From: a virus
Taxonomy: Duplodnaviria > Caudoviricetes
Length of the DNA stretch: 64,000 nt
Direction: 5' to 3' (one strand)
IMG/VR virus record: IMGVR_UViG_2513237213_000004
Location: 9,381-73,380 of that record
Shown: positions 20,354 through 29,452 of the stretch, in pieces
Position numbering within the stretch: position 1 is the first letter of the stretch
How the letters are laid out: each line of letters opens with the position of its first letter
Notes under the pieces: generated by a model
Seen by the model: the letters and a program-made list of their open reading frames with translations, nothing else
Told to the model about the DNA's origin: nothing
Database searches by the model: none
Made by a program: the position numbers and the translations under genes

Positions 20354-20713
20354 TTTAAAGGTGGATAAACCAAGAAGCAATTCCACAATCTGCGCTGCCG
20401 TTTCTAGGTCCAACCATTCGTTAATCTGTTCCTTTGTTTCCCGGTAATCCAATGCTAACTCTACGATTTCCATCACATCATCAGCAAAGCCATTATCGAA
20501 GTTTATCCTCCCATCCGGCAGGGTTTCTACTTCGCCATCTTCGCCAATAACCGGGGCCATAGCATAGAGGGCAAAAGAGCCCGGATCATACTTCGTCGTA
20601 AAATCGGTTACCGTTTGAATATCTTTGAATCTCGCGCTGAATACCTTGTGCTTTTTTCCGTATCTATCACGGACAGTCCGATAAACAGATACACTATTTT
20701 CTTCCTGTTCCAT
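20339..20713 (-). CDS. Tail assembly chaperone (gpG-like)
   Basis: Lies between the major tail and tape measure genes; SD AGGAG before the ATG at 20713; ends in the slippery sequence TTTAAAAAAAAA. Confidence 0.8.
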   Translation of the reverse strand: MEQEENSVSVYRTVRDRYGKKHKVFSARFKDIQTVTDFTTKYDPGSFALYAMAPVIGEDGEVETLPDGRINFDNGFADDVMEIVELALDYRETKEQINEWLDLETAAQIVELLLGLSTFKKKQK

Positions 20714-20830
20714 ACAATCAACTCCTATAAATGAAAAAAGACACCTCACAGGTGTCTAAAATATGTTATACTTATTAAGTTGCCACAACCTTCCATCAAG
20801 GGTTAATCCGGCGAGGAAGGAGGGAACGAT

Positions 20831-20920
20831 ATGTTTACTCACGAATTTTGGCTTTCGGTGTTAGCAAGTGCTATCGGCGGCATAATTGTCGAAGTTGCCT
20901 TGCGTTGGTTAGGTATGTAG
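20831..20920 (+). CDS. Type I toxin, Fst/Ldr-like 29-aa membrane peptide MFTHEFWLSVLASAIGGIIVEVALRWLGM
   Basis: Strong SD GGAAGGAGG with upstream anti-SD CCTTCC; single TM helix ending in RWL; convergent sRNA with a direct repeat. Confidence 0.75.
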   Translation: MFTHEFWLSVLASAIGGIIVEVALRWLGM

Positions 20921-20956
20921 CCGATACCATGTGTGGTAATTAGCCAGACACCAATC

Positions 20957-21007
20957 AAAAAAGGCCCCCATGCTAGTCCATCACCACTAGCGGGGCCTTT
21001 TTCTTTT
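20957..21007. terminator. Bidirectional terminator of the TA locus
   Basis: A6-GGCCCC...GGGGCC-T-rich tract. Confidence 0.8.
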
Positions 21008-21040
21008 GGGTAACATATGTATACCCACGAATTTTTAGCT
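20957..21040 (-). ncRNA. Candidate type I antitoxin sRNA (about 85 nt)
   Basis: Promoter TTGACT-17-TATATT at 21075-21047; shared terminator; 21015-21035 matches the toxin start region 20829-20849 at 19/21. Confidence 0.65.
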
Positions 21041-21046
21041 ACGTTT

Positions 21047-21075
21047 AATATATCACTTCGCGCCGTAAAAGTCAA
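21047..21075 (-). promoter_or_regulatory. Sigma70-type promoter TTGACT-17-TATATT
   Basis: Read directly from the sequence. Confidence 0.7.
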
Positions 21076-21090
21076 TAATTTCATAATTTA

Positions 21091-21162
21091 ACAATGGTAT
21101 AATTGTATAACTGTGTACCATTACGCCATTACACTGCTATACAATTACACCATTACAATGGT
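21091..21162. repeat. Octamer array 1 (9 units, 8-bp period)
   Basis: ACAATGGT ATAATTGT ATAACTGT GTACCATT ACGCCATT ACACTGCT ATACAATT ACACCATT ACAATGGT. Confidence 0.85.
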
Positions 21163-21171
21163 GCAATATAA

Positions 21172-21204
21172 GAAAAACGGGCCTGGCTACGAAAGCCAAG
21201 CCCC
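21172..21204 (-). terminator. Intrinsic terminator after the major tail gene
   Basis: GGGCTTGGCT-TTCGT-AGCCAGGCCC followed by GTTTTTCT. Confidence 0.7.
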
Positions 21205-21209
21205 ATTCC

Positions 21210-21953
21210 TTAGTCAGCCACCTTGGAAACCGTGATAACTGCAAAGTCATCGTGACCATCACCAGGATCAAGGATATTGACCGTAAGCTGCGGCGTAGAT
21301 GCCTTATCACGAGCCGTTTCAATATCGAATTTACCATCGCAACGCACACGACGAGCATAGATATCAACCTGGTACTTAGTACCGTCGCTGGATTCCGTCT
21401 GGAACATCCAGTTGAACGTAGCGACTTCCGGCATTGCGTTTTTCAGCATGGAAGCCTGCACTGCGGAAGCATCGTCAGCCTTGTACCATACTGCATATTC
21501 GCCTGCTTCTGCACCTTCGGCAAAAGTTACTTTACCGTCAGCACTTACAGTTACCTTGTCAGACTTTGCACCGTCCGGACCAAGAATTGCGATGACTTCA
21601 ACACCGGACAGAGTTTCGCCTTTCATAAGTTCCGTAGATTCCGTGGTCAGCAAAACACGATTCGTGCGCTTATTTCCGGAAGCCTGCAAATTAACGCCCT
21701 GGGCTACCGTAAGCTGCGAGAGGGAAAATTCCGCATTGGTAATCTCAATGTTACCTTCCTTCTTGCTGATGAAAGTGTAAAGCGGGAACAGAGAATCACC
21801 ACCGTACTGGTCCTCGGTAGTCGCATTGACGTTCAGCTTCATGCTCTGGCTCGTAGTCAGTTCCAGGAGTTTACCGGAAACAGTGTTCAGAACACCTTTG
21901 CCGATACCATGGAGTAACAAGCCTTTACCTAAAATGTTGTTCAGATTAGCCAT
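21210..21953 (-). CDS. Major tail tube protein
   Basis: Sits after the tail terminator and before the chaperones; shares the AAAGGAATGTGAT SD context with the capsid gene; beta-rich. Confidence 0.75.
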   Translation of the reverse strand: MANLNNILGKGLLLHGIGKGVLNTVSGKLLELTTSQSMKLNVNATTEDQYGGDSLFPLYTFISKKEGNIEITNAEFSLSQLTVAQGVNLQASGNKRTNRVLLTTESTELMKGETLSGVEVIAILGPDGAKSDKVTVSADGKVTFAEGAEAGEYAVWYKADDASAVQASMLKNAMPEVATFNWMFQTESSDGTKYQVDIYARRVRCDGKFDIETARDKASTPQLTVNILDPGDGHDDFAVITVSKVAD

Positions 21954-21974
21954 GTTATACATCACATTCCTTTC

Positions 21975-22403
21975 TTAGTTGAATACCAATGGCATAAATT
22001 CCAATCGGTATTTAAATATATCTTTGATTCCAGAGGTTTTCTGTCCTTCGGAGCAAACTCGCTCGTCAAAATACTCGTGCATAAGGTAGACAATTCTCTC
22101 TCGTATGTTACCGACTTCTGACCGGTTTTTCGTATAAATATCAATTCTTAGAATTCCCTTATTCATATAAGCATTTTTCGTGGTGCTTGCATCGACAAAA
22201 TAAAACGCAATGAAATTCAAATCCTTTGGTTCATATTCGTCTACTTCTTGGTCCCTTCTGCGGAACTTCAAAGAAAAATTCTTGTCTTTCGCCGGACAAA
22301 ATGAAGCATCATTTTCCGGCCTTTTTATTTTGAGGTATCTTTGTAAATCCTCGTCGCTGGTGAGCACATTAGCCAGCTTTTCTGTGTATTGAAAAGTGTT
22401 CAC
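21975..22403 (-). CDS. Tail terminator-like protein
   Basis: Synteny; LRIDIYTK motif. Confidence 0.55.
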   Translation of the reverse strand: MNTFQYTEKLANVLTSDEDLQRYLKIKRPENDASFCPAKDKNFSLKFRRRDQEVDEYEPKDLNFIAFYFVDASTTKNAYMNKGILRIDIYTKNRSEVGNIRERIVYLMHEYFDERVCSEGQKTSGIKDIFKYRLEFMPLVFN

Positions 22404-22981
22404 TTTGGTTCACCTCGCATAATATATCTGTCAGCCATAGCCCCCAGCGCATTGAAAATATCATCTTCCATTACGGCTATCCTTGCCGATTTACCAGAAG
22501 AAGCGGTGACATTTTCCTTGACAATATGCTGACCTTCAATGGGACGTACTTTGGCCCATGGTTTACCACCGCCAGCCGTTTGCCATTCCAGGTTTAAACC
22601 ATGAGGCATAGCTGCGGAAGAACCTTGATGCCAATTTCCATCTAAGTCCTGATAAGGGCCACGGGTGCGGATTTCTGTGCCGCTTTCATCGTTACCAGGT
22701 GGCTTTCCACGCTCTTTATTCCACAACTCACTACGTTTATAAGCCGGTAAATCCGGGTTTTCTTTTGCATTATCCATTTTTGAGCCGGAGCCGTGTTCCA
22801 AAATCCACATCTTTTGGCCGCTCGCGACGTATTCACCACGCACAACATCGTAATCATCTTTGACTATATGAAAGTCAATCTCGGCGTTGCCCTCTGGCCT
22901 TTTATGCTTTGACCAGTCAGACCGGATATCATCCATGATCCCCCTCGCCGTTTTCTGCATCACATTCGCCAGTTCACTCAT
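22400..22981 (-). CDS. Tail completion/HK97 gp10-like protein
   Basis: Synteny; ILEHGSGSKM motif. Confidence 0.55.
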   Translation of the reverse strand: MSELANVMQKTARGIMDDIRSDWSKHKRPEGNAEIDFHIVKDDYDVVRGEYVASGQKMWILEHGSGSKMDNAKENPDLPAYKRSELWNKERGKPPGNDESGTEIRTRGPYQDLDGNWHQGSSAAMPHGLNLEWQTAGGGKPWAKVRPIEGQHIVKENVTASSGKSARIAVMEDDIFNALGAMADRYIMRGEPK

Positions 22982-23538
22982 TAGCGGTTATCCTCGGATA
23001 CCTGGACTTCAAAAAGATTTACATACTTGGCCGTATCTACGTTTACCACGTTATAGTTTCTCCCGTTCAATCTGATTCGATATAGGAGGTCAATATCAAT
23101 GTTCGGCTGCATGATGATCTTTTTTACCGTCGTTTGCAGGATACCAGCGTCATACTGCTTCATCGCTGCGGATATATCAGAGAAATTTACCGGGACATTC
23201 TCGGCAATAGTCACTGGTCTCTGTTCAATCAGTTCATAGTCCTCATAAATGTCCTCAAACTTGATTACCTCGATATATCCGTTGATCCGTCGCCCTTGCA
23301 TCTGCACTGCATCGGCGGACCGTTGCTTTGCAATGATAAGGAACTTCTCGCCGGACACCTCGCGGGTAATTAGCTCGCCATCGGTAATCTCTGTGTCTGT
23401 ATTGGTTACTATAACCTTGCCATCAGCAATAGTCTTTGGAGCCATAGACTTACCACGGCGAAGCACCAAGGCTTTCTCGGTTTTATCACGGAACGTAAGC
23501 GGTTCCAGGCGGTCCGCATAGAACTGTAAGACATTCAC
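22981..23538 (-). CDS. Head-tail adaptor/closure protein
   Basis: Synteny; C-terminal RIRLNGRNYNVVNVD. Confidence 0.55.
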   Translation of the reverse strand: MNVLQFYADRLEPLTFRDKTEKALVLRRGKSMAPKTIADGKVIVTNTDTEITDGELITREVSGEKFLIIAKQRSADAVQMQGRRINGYIEVIKFEDIYEDYELIEQRPVTIAENVPVNFSDISAAMKQYDAGILQTTVKKIIMQPNIDIDLLYRIRLNGRNYNVVNVDTAKYVNLFEVQVSEDNR

Positions 23539-24101
23539 TGCACCTGCACCCCGTCCAGAATCCGCTTTACTTCCTCGGTCATAACACCGTCATTACCAAG
23601 CGTAACCTTGATATCATAGTCATCACGGGACTTCCACCGCAAAATACCGCCCATCTGCTTGATATTGCAGGCGAGAATCCCGCAGGCACGTTTTACGTCC
23701 TCCGGAACCTCCGGATATCCGCTGGTATACTTCACCGTGATAAACTTAGGCGTGCTCCGGAACATCAAGGACCGGGGCATGTAGAAGGAGAAATACTGCG
23801 ACGTATCGCCATCGAACTCTAAGCACTCCGGTTCCAACTCCAAAGAATCAGTACCAAAAGGGCTGCGGGTTTTCGCAGATACCTTATCTATGGATATCCT
23901 GGGATAATGAATCAGCTTCCCACGGGTTTCCTCGGTAGTCCTGCGATAAGTCAAGTCAACTCGTTCTGTATATTCCACCGGACCAAAAGAGCAGCCTTTA
24001 TATGCGTCAATGAGGACACTTGCTGCCTCGATGTGATCCATGGTCACACCAACGGTCAAACCGCAATACTTCGTGAGTTCATCTTCGGTAATGTATGTCA
24101 C
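23535..24101 (-). CDS. Head-tail connector protein
   Basis: MTYITEDEL N-terminus; VKYTSGY..VPEDVKRAC motif. Confidence 0.65.
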   Translation of the reverse strand: MTYITEDELTKYCGLTVGVTMDHIEAASVLIDAYKGCSFGPVEYTERVDLTYRRTTEETRGKLIHYPRISIDKVSAKTRSPFGTDSLELEPECLEFDGDTSQYFSFYMPRSLMFRSTPKFITVKYTSGYPEVPEDVKRACGILACNIKQMGGILRWKSRDDYDIKVTLGNDGVMTEEVKRILDGVQVQ

Positions 24102-24271
24102 TTGATATACCCCTCCTTGCGCAGATGCTCCGCAAATTCCGTAGACACATTAACTTTCCCATCTTTAATGGGGATTTCCACAGAATTTGCCAGGAAAGAC
24201 CTGCATTTCTTATATGCCTCTGCTACCTCATACCCGGTAACTTCGGCCTCTGTTTTCTTCTTAGCTGCCAT
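24098..24271 (-). CDS. Small virion-associated hypothetical protein
   Basis: SD GGGGGTGA before the ATG at 24271; directly after the capsid gene. Confidence 0.6.
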   Translation of the reverse strand: MAAKKKTEAEVTGYEVAEAYKKCRSFLANSVEIPIKDGKVNVSTEFAEHLRKEGYIK

Positions 24272-24379
24272 GCTCTCACCCCCCATCAATCTCATGCCCT
24301 AATTAAGCCCTTCAAGGGTAGGGTATTTTGGTAAGGGCGTGGGATTACTCCTCACGCGCCCTCCCTTGAAAGGCATGGA

Positions 24380-25447
24380 TTAAGCCGTGGGATTAACGGT
24401 CTTAGTCAGAATGAAGTGTGCGCCGGTCTGTGCTCCGTGTACGATGTAGTTGGAGAAATCCAGTACAAACTTGTCCGTCAGCAGACGGTCATTTGCCAGC
24501 GGGGTTTCCGGATTAGCAATCTCGTAAACCTGCGGGCCATCATTGAACAACCAGATACGGTCAATCATTTCCGTATTGAGTGCGACAATCTTATGCGTTA
24601 CTGCGCCGGTCTTTTCATCGACTTCCGGTTTAATAAACGGAGTGAGGACAATCGGCAGAACACCCATCGGAGTGTAGAAGCCAGTCACCTTTACGCCAGG
24701 CAGGATTTCAGCCTCGATTTCACGATGGTAAATCTGGCGTTTCTGTTCCTCTTTTACCAGCACATCGTAGGTGGCATGGTTCATCGCAATGACATTCGGC
24801 TGGCCTTTGTAATCAAGACGGGCCATGAGATTGGCGATCTTGGTATTCAGAGCATCGGAAATCGTAGTATTATCGGCAATCGGAGTTACATCGGTAATCT
24901 GGGAAAGCACACCGCAATACTCGAAGGAGTCCGTTGCATCCAGAGCCGTCTTGCCGTTCCAGAAGTCATTGGAAGTCTTACGAGCGAAATCAACAAACAT
25001 GTCATTGTAATCTTTCGTAGTCAGATCCTCGAAAGTACCGTAGTTCTTCTCCATCTGGCGGGTGAAGAAGTCATAGCGGATACCAGTAGCATATGCACGC
25101 GCAAAAGCCTGCTTCCAGTTATCACGCTTATAATCGTTGTCCAGAGCCTTCGGACGGTAGGACGGATTTTCCTTCGTGCCAAAGCCCGCGCGGGGATCAA
25201 TGGCTACCGTGTTTTCCGGAATTGCCATCTGCTCATTCCAGGTGTGGGGGTAACCTTTTGCCCGGACAGAGTTCACTTTCAGACCAATGGCGAAGTCACG
25301 TTTCAGATAATCATGGAGCACAGAATCATAGTCACCAACAACGAGCATATGATCTTCGTTGTATACGGTCACCGGGTTACCTGCGGACTTAATCAGCGTA
25401 CCGTCCATACCGGTAGCCATAGCCGCTGCGAATTTTTCTCTAGCCAT
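24380..25447 (-). CDS. Major capsid protein
   Basis: 355 aa after the protease/scaffold gene; strong SD; motifs FWNG...FEYCGVLSQI and P.VIAMN. Confidence 0.8.
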   Translation of the reverse strand: MAREKFAAAMATGMDGTLIKSAGNPVTVYNEDHMLVVGDYDSVLHDYLKRDFAIGLKVNSVRAKGYPHTWNEQMAIPENTVAIDPRAGFGTKENPSYRPKALDNDYKRDNWKQAFARAYATGIRYDFFTRQMEKNYGTFEDLTTKDYNDMFVDFARKTSNDFWNGKTALDATDSFEYCGVLSQITDVTPIADNTTISDALNTKIANLMARLDYKGQPNVIAMNHATYDVLVKEEQKRQIYHREIEAEILPGVKVTGFYTPMGVLPIVLTPFIKPEVDEKTGAVTHKIVALNTEMIDRIWLFNDGPQVYEIANPETPLANDRLLTDKFVLDFSNYIVHGAQTGAHFILTKTVNPTA

Positions 25448-25492
25448 GTTTCACATCACATTCCTTTCTAAAAAAGAGCCAATCCCGAAGGA

Positions 25493-26509
25493 TTAGCCCT
25501 GCATACGAAGTTTCGTAATCTCTTTAATTTTGTCCATGGGACTCATTGCAGATGCCTTGATTTCGGCCATCTTAGCTTCCCGGTCATCATCGCCCACCAG
25601 CGGATTGCCTGCTACATGCTGACCAGCCTTCGGAGTGGGGATTTCCTCTTTGGAACCTTTCATCGGTTCCGGCTCTTTGCCTTCCTCGCCATCTTCCGGT
25701 TCGCCCTCGCCCTTTTCCTCGGCTGCTGCCTTGATTGCGTCAACGTCGTTCTTGGCCTGCTCTGCGGCAGCCTTGACTTTATCAATAGATGCCTTGATAT
25801 CGTCCAGATCCTCTTTGGATACCTGTGCTTCCAGAGAAGCCTTGATTTCGCCCTGGGTTTCCTCGATGCTCTTAATGCGCTGCTCCATGGATTCAGCCAC
25901 AGAAGCCGCAATCTCTTTTACCAGTGCGTCCTTTTCCTCTTTCGTCATTTCCACATCACTCCTATTTGCTTTTGCTGCTGCCAGTTTTTCAATGAACGTG
26001 TCACTGAAAGCTGCACAGTTCTGCCAAAGGATTGCACAACCACAACCCTCGAATTTGTCCATATAAATAACTTCCTCGTCCTCATGGGTGGCCGTTGCAT
26101 ACCATTCCAAGGAGAAACCCAGGGAACCAGCGCCATTGAGGATCATGTACGCTTCATCCGGATATTTCTCTTTCCACACAACGATTTCAGCCATGAGGTT
26201 TTCGCCTTCTGCATGAACTTCTCGGATATAACCGATGTTCACATTGCCGTGGTCCGTGAATAAATCCTCCGTATCCTCGTACCAACTCGGATATACGCAA
26301 TTCAGCGGCATCCCTACAAAGGACTGTGCGCAGGCGTCCACAGACTCCTGCGTAAATGCTACGAGCTTACCACCGGCCCCACACGGCGAACCAGACGATG
26401 CCTTGCCAATCGTAGCAATGCAGCCGGTAATTACCATTTTGTGTGCTTCCGTGGACATCACAACATTAGAGAGCGATGCTTCAATCTTTGTCTTTTTCGT
26501 TGCTATCAC
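25493..26509 (-). CDS. Prohead protease-scaffold fusion
   Basis: N-terminal protease-like region (H..VNIGYI, LGFSLE) followed by an acidic coiled-coil C-terminus. Confidence 0.7.
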   Translation of the reverse strand: MIATKKTKIEASLSNVVMSTEAHKMVITGCIATIGKASSGSPCGAGGKLVAFTQESVDACAQSFVGMPLNCVYPSWYEDTEDLFTDHGNVNIGYIREVHAEGENLMAEIVVWKEKYPDEAYMILNGAGSLGFSLEWYATATHEDEEVIYMDKFEGCGCAILWQNCAAFSDTFIEKLAAAKANRSDVEMTKEEKDALVKEIAASVAESMEQRIKSIEETQGEIKASLEAQVSKEDLDDIKASIDKVKAAAEQAKNDVDAIKAAAEEKGEGEPEDGEEGKEPEPMKGSKEEIPTPKAGQHVAGNPLVGDDDREAKMAEIKASAMSPMDKIKEITKLRMQG

Positions 26510-27794
26510 CCCCTTCTGTATTAGTAGTATCCTTTATATTTCCGTTCCCATTGAATCCACCAGCAATACCAAGGTCAACATTGATATTCGCCGTTTTCTC
26601 CGGGTAGGTCATATTGGCATAATCAGAGGTGCTTTCCTCGTAGCCCATGATTCTGCGGACTTCGTTTTCCGTAAGCACTCCCTTGTAGTATTCATCCACC
26701 ACACGCTTGGATTTTACGGATTTCTGCATTTCAGAATCCTCGAAGATATATCGGAATTTCAGTACACCGCCAAGGCCCATGTTGGCAATCACATAGTTGT
26801 TATACAGGTCCTCCATCATCGCTGCATAGGGCTTAATGAGTTCCTGTGTCATAGCGTTTTCCTGGTCCTCACCGGTGCTCCTGTCATTTGCAATGACCAG
26901 ACCAAGTTTTTCCGGTGGGATGCCAAAGGCCACACCGACAATCTGCGTCAACTTTTCAAGCCACTGCAAATACAGGCCATCACTGTTGATTGCCTTGATC
27001 TGCTTGGTTTCCACAGACTTGGAACCGGCCACAACCGGGATACGTCCAGTGCCTTCGATATCGTTCTTCATGTATTCGATGAATTTCTCTCGTTGTTCGG
27101 AGTTGATTCCTTCACCCAGGGAAATCAAGAACTCTGCCGTAGCGTTGGTGGCCTTCTCGTTGGCCTGCTCAATGGAGTCCAGGTAAAATCTCACATACTG
27201 GTAAGCCATCATAATCGGAGATAAGCCATAGGGCTGATATGTGAAGTAGGACCGCTGCATATAAGCAATGTCCTTGGCCGTGAAATACTTCATGCCATCT
27301 TCCTGCTGCTGCATATACCGTACTGCGTTATCGTCCGTGTAATCGTATGGAACCACCATCTGAATCGTCGAACCATCCACCGGATAAAGGTATACAGGGT
27401 GCTTCGTGGACCGCGCCTTGGCCACCTCTGCGCACATAGCGTCAAGCACCATGGCATCATCCAAAAGCCGCTTCGTGAACGAACTACGGCTATCCACAAG
27501 ATTAGGATGCTCAATGCAATTCTGTACCGCTGCAATCTCCCGGATTTTCTTTCCCCGGCCACCAATCACATCAATGGTATACGGCTGCCGGGCCAAGGAA
27601 TCCTGGACAATGGTTATCGCCTTCCGCACGATTGGATCACGACTGAAATTCCGTAACTGCCTTACCGTGGGATTTTTCGGGAGCACTGACTTGCGCTTAT
27701 TATCCCGTGGCATCCAACTCATGTACATCTGGTTTGGAAGGAGCCTAGCGAGGGGACCTTTGCTTGCCAAAAACTTTTTTACGTTGTCAAACAA
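26481..27794 (-). CDS. Portal protein
   Basis: 437 aa after terL; LYPVDGSTI, YGLSPI, VAFGIPPEKLG, LTENEVRR motifs. Confidence 0.9.
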   Translation of the reverse strand: MFDNVKKFLASKGPLARLLPNQMYMSWMPRDNKRKSVLPKNPTVRQLRNFSRDPIVRKAITIVQDSLARQPYTIDVIGGRGKKIREIAAVQNCIEHPNLVDSRSSFTKRLLDDAMVLDAMCAEVAKARSTKHPVYLYPVDGSTIQMVVPYDYTDDNAVRYMQQQEDGMKYFTAKDIAYMQRSYFTYQPYGLSPIMMAYQYVRFYLDSIEQANEKATNATAEFLISLGEGINSEQREKFIEYMKNDIEGTGRIPVVAGSKSVETKQIKAINSDGLYLQWLEKLTQIVGVAFGIPPEKLGLVIANDRSTGEDQENAMTQELIKPYAAMMEDLYNNYVIANMGLGGVLKFRYIFEDSEMQKSVKSKRVVDEYYKGVLTENEVRRIMGYEESTSDYANMTYPEKTANINVDLGIAGGFNGNGNIKDTTNTEGGDSNEKDKD

Positions 27795-27808
27795 TGTTTC
27801 TCACCCCC

Positions 27809-29443
27809 TCATTTAAAAAAACCGAAGGGCGTATTTGCCATTCGGTTCCTGTTTTTATTCATATTCATTCTGCTTCCTCCGGCATCAATGCTGCCAAAGG
27901 AGAAATTTGCTACCGATGTTTCAAGCAATGGCTTCAATGCCATTTCTAAGCAATCAGGGCCGTCATCATGGCCCTTTGGATAATTCCGAAGCTGACTAAG
28001 TAATATCTTCTGCCCGGCCTTAAACTTGATATGTCCCTGCCGAACATGGGGAACCAGGCTCTCGATACGGGCAGCCTTGCTATCGCCATTGGTATGGCAT
28101 ACGTCAATCCAGTCAAGGTAAATCCCTGCCTGCACCAGTTCACGCTGCAAAGTCGAAGAAAAAAACAACTGCATCTGGTTCGTTTCACAGACAATCTTCG
28201 GATTATGCGGATAATACTTAGCGATTATCGCCTTTGCGTCCTCTATGATTTCCTCCGGCCTCCGCTTTTTGAGGTCAGCGTCCAATACATAGAAGTAATT
28301 GTCAGAACACCGAGCCACCGCGATAATAGCGGAAAAGTCGTTCATGCGCTTACCACCGATGGCCGGATCAATCGCAATGCAAACCTCTTTGATTTCCGGA
28401 CAATCAACGTAGCGGTTATTCTCCAACCACTCTGTCTTGAACGTCCGTGTATTCTCGGTCTGTGGATCGTTTTGGAACTCGCTGGCAAACCCTTCCTCGG
28501 ACGCTATCCTGCGCTCCATCAAATGCTCATACATATCTGGGCGCTGGTTCGGCCAAAGGACTTCCGTACCGGCCAGCATTTCTTCCTTGTGCTTCCGGTA
28601 GAAGGCCATAGCATCTGAATAAGCATGGTCACCACGGGTTAAGTCCGTCATTATATTTTCCCATTCACTCCATAGCGGACTATCGGAAAACTTAATGACC
28701 GCCTGGAACGTCTTGCGCACCCAGGAGGAATACTCCCCATCATTCAGCATATGATAAAGCAGCGCATCATATGAAAGCACTGTACCAATGTAAAAGAAGG
28801 AACACGTTGGACACCCCATAGGCATCACATCAGAATTGAACCACTGTTTTAGTGAGGCGTTCTGCGATGGACTAGCCACCTGCTCCGCCGTTTCTAAATC
28901 GTCTAGGATTACCAGATCCGGGCGCGTACTATTAAATTTCATGCCGCGCATCTGTGCTCCTGCGCCTTTCGACGTGAGAAATACTTTGTTTCTCGTGTAG
29001 ATTTCGTTGGAATTCCAGATATCATCATTCTTCATTTCACCGAAATCATTTTTGATTCGCTCATTGAATTCCAATTCGTTACGAATATCAATGATGAATT
29101 GCTTTGCCACCGGCCCCGTCGCGGATATAATCACGATGAAGCGCTTGTAACCATAGCAAACACACCAGAGTACAAACGCGAATGAAATCAGAGTTGACTT
29201 CGCATGGCCACGCGGGGCAGCCACAACGTTCCTGGTTTCTTCATCGCTATGATTAAGGATTACATCTTCTACCTTATGGATCAGCCAAAGGTGGAATTTC
29301 TCGGACCACTCTGACTTGAAAGAATCTGCGAGATAATACTCGCAGAACCGCTTGAAATCATGGGCGCAAATGTCACGCATACTTTGGTTATCCCCTTCTC
29401 TACGAAGTGAACCACCAAAAATCTGCCTCATTGCATTTGCCAT
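27809..29443 (-). CDS. terL: Terminase large subunit
   Basis: Walker A APRGHAKS, Walker B LVILDDLE, nuclease motifs IAIDPA and HDDGPD. Confidence 0.92.
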   Translation of the reverse strand: MANAMRQIFGGSLRREGDNQSMRDICAHDFKRFCEYYLADSFKSEWSEKFHLWLIHKVEDVILNHSDEETRNVVAAPRGHAKSTLISFAFVLWCVCYGYKRFIVIISATGPVAKQFIIDIRNELEFNERIKNDFGEMKNDDIWNSNEIYTRNKVFLTSKGAGAQMRGMKFNSTRPDLVILDDLETAEQVASPSQNASLKQWFNSDVMPMGCPTCSFFYIGTVLSYDALLYHMLNDGEYSSWVRKTFQAVIKFSDSPLWSEWENIMTDLTRGDHAYSDAMAFYRKHKEEMLAGTEVLWPNQRPDMYEHLMERRIASEEGFASEFQNDPQTENTRTFKTEWLENNRYVDCPEIKEVCIAIDPAIGGKRMNDFSAIIAVARCSDNYFYVLDADLKKRRPEEIIEDAKAIIAKYYPHNPKIVCETNQMQLFFSSTLQRELVQAGIYLDWIDVCHTNGDSKAARIESLVPHVRQGHIKFKAGQKILLSQLRNYPKGHDDGPDCLEMALKPLLETSVANFSFGSIDAGGSRMNMNKNRNRMANTPFGFFK

Positions 29444-29452
29444 GAAATCACC

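Noticed and set aside
24416-25471. 351-aa plus-strand ORF opposite the major capsid gene (also 627-1463, 15859-16797, 26235-27224, 39895-40665 and similar)
   Set aside because: Antisense shadows of real genes; no SD, no recognisable motifs, composition mirrors the coding strand.
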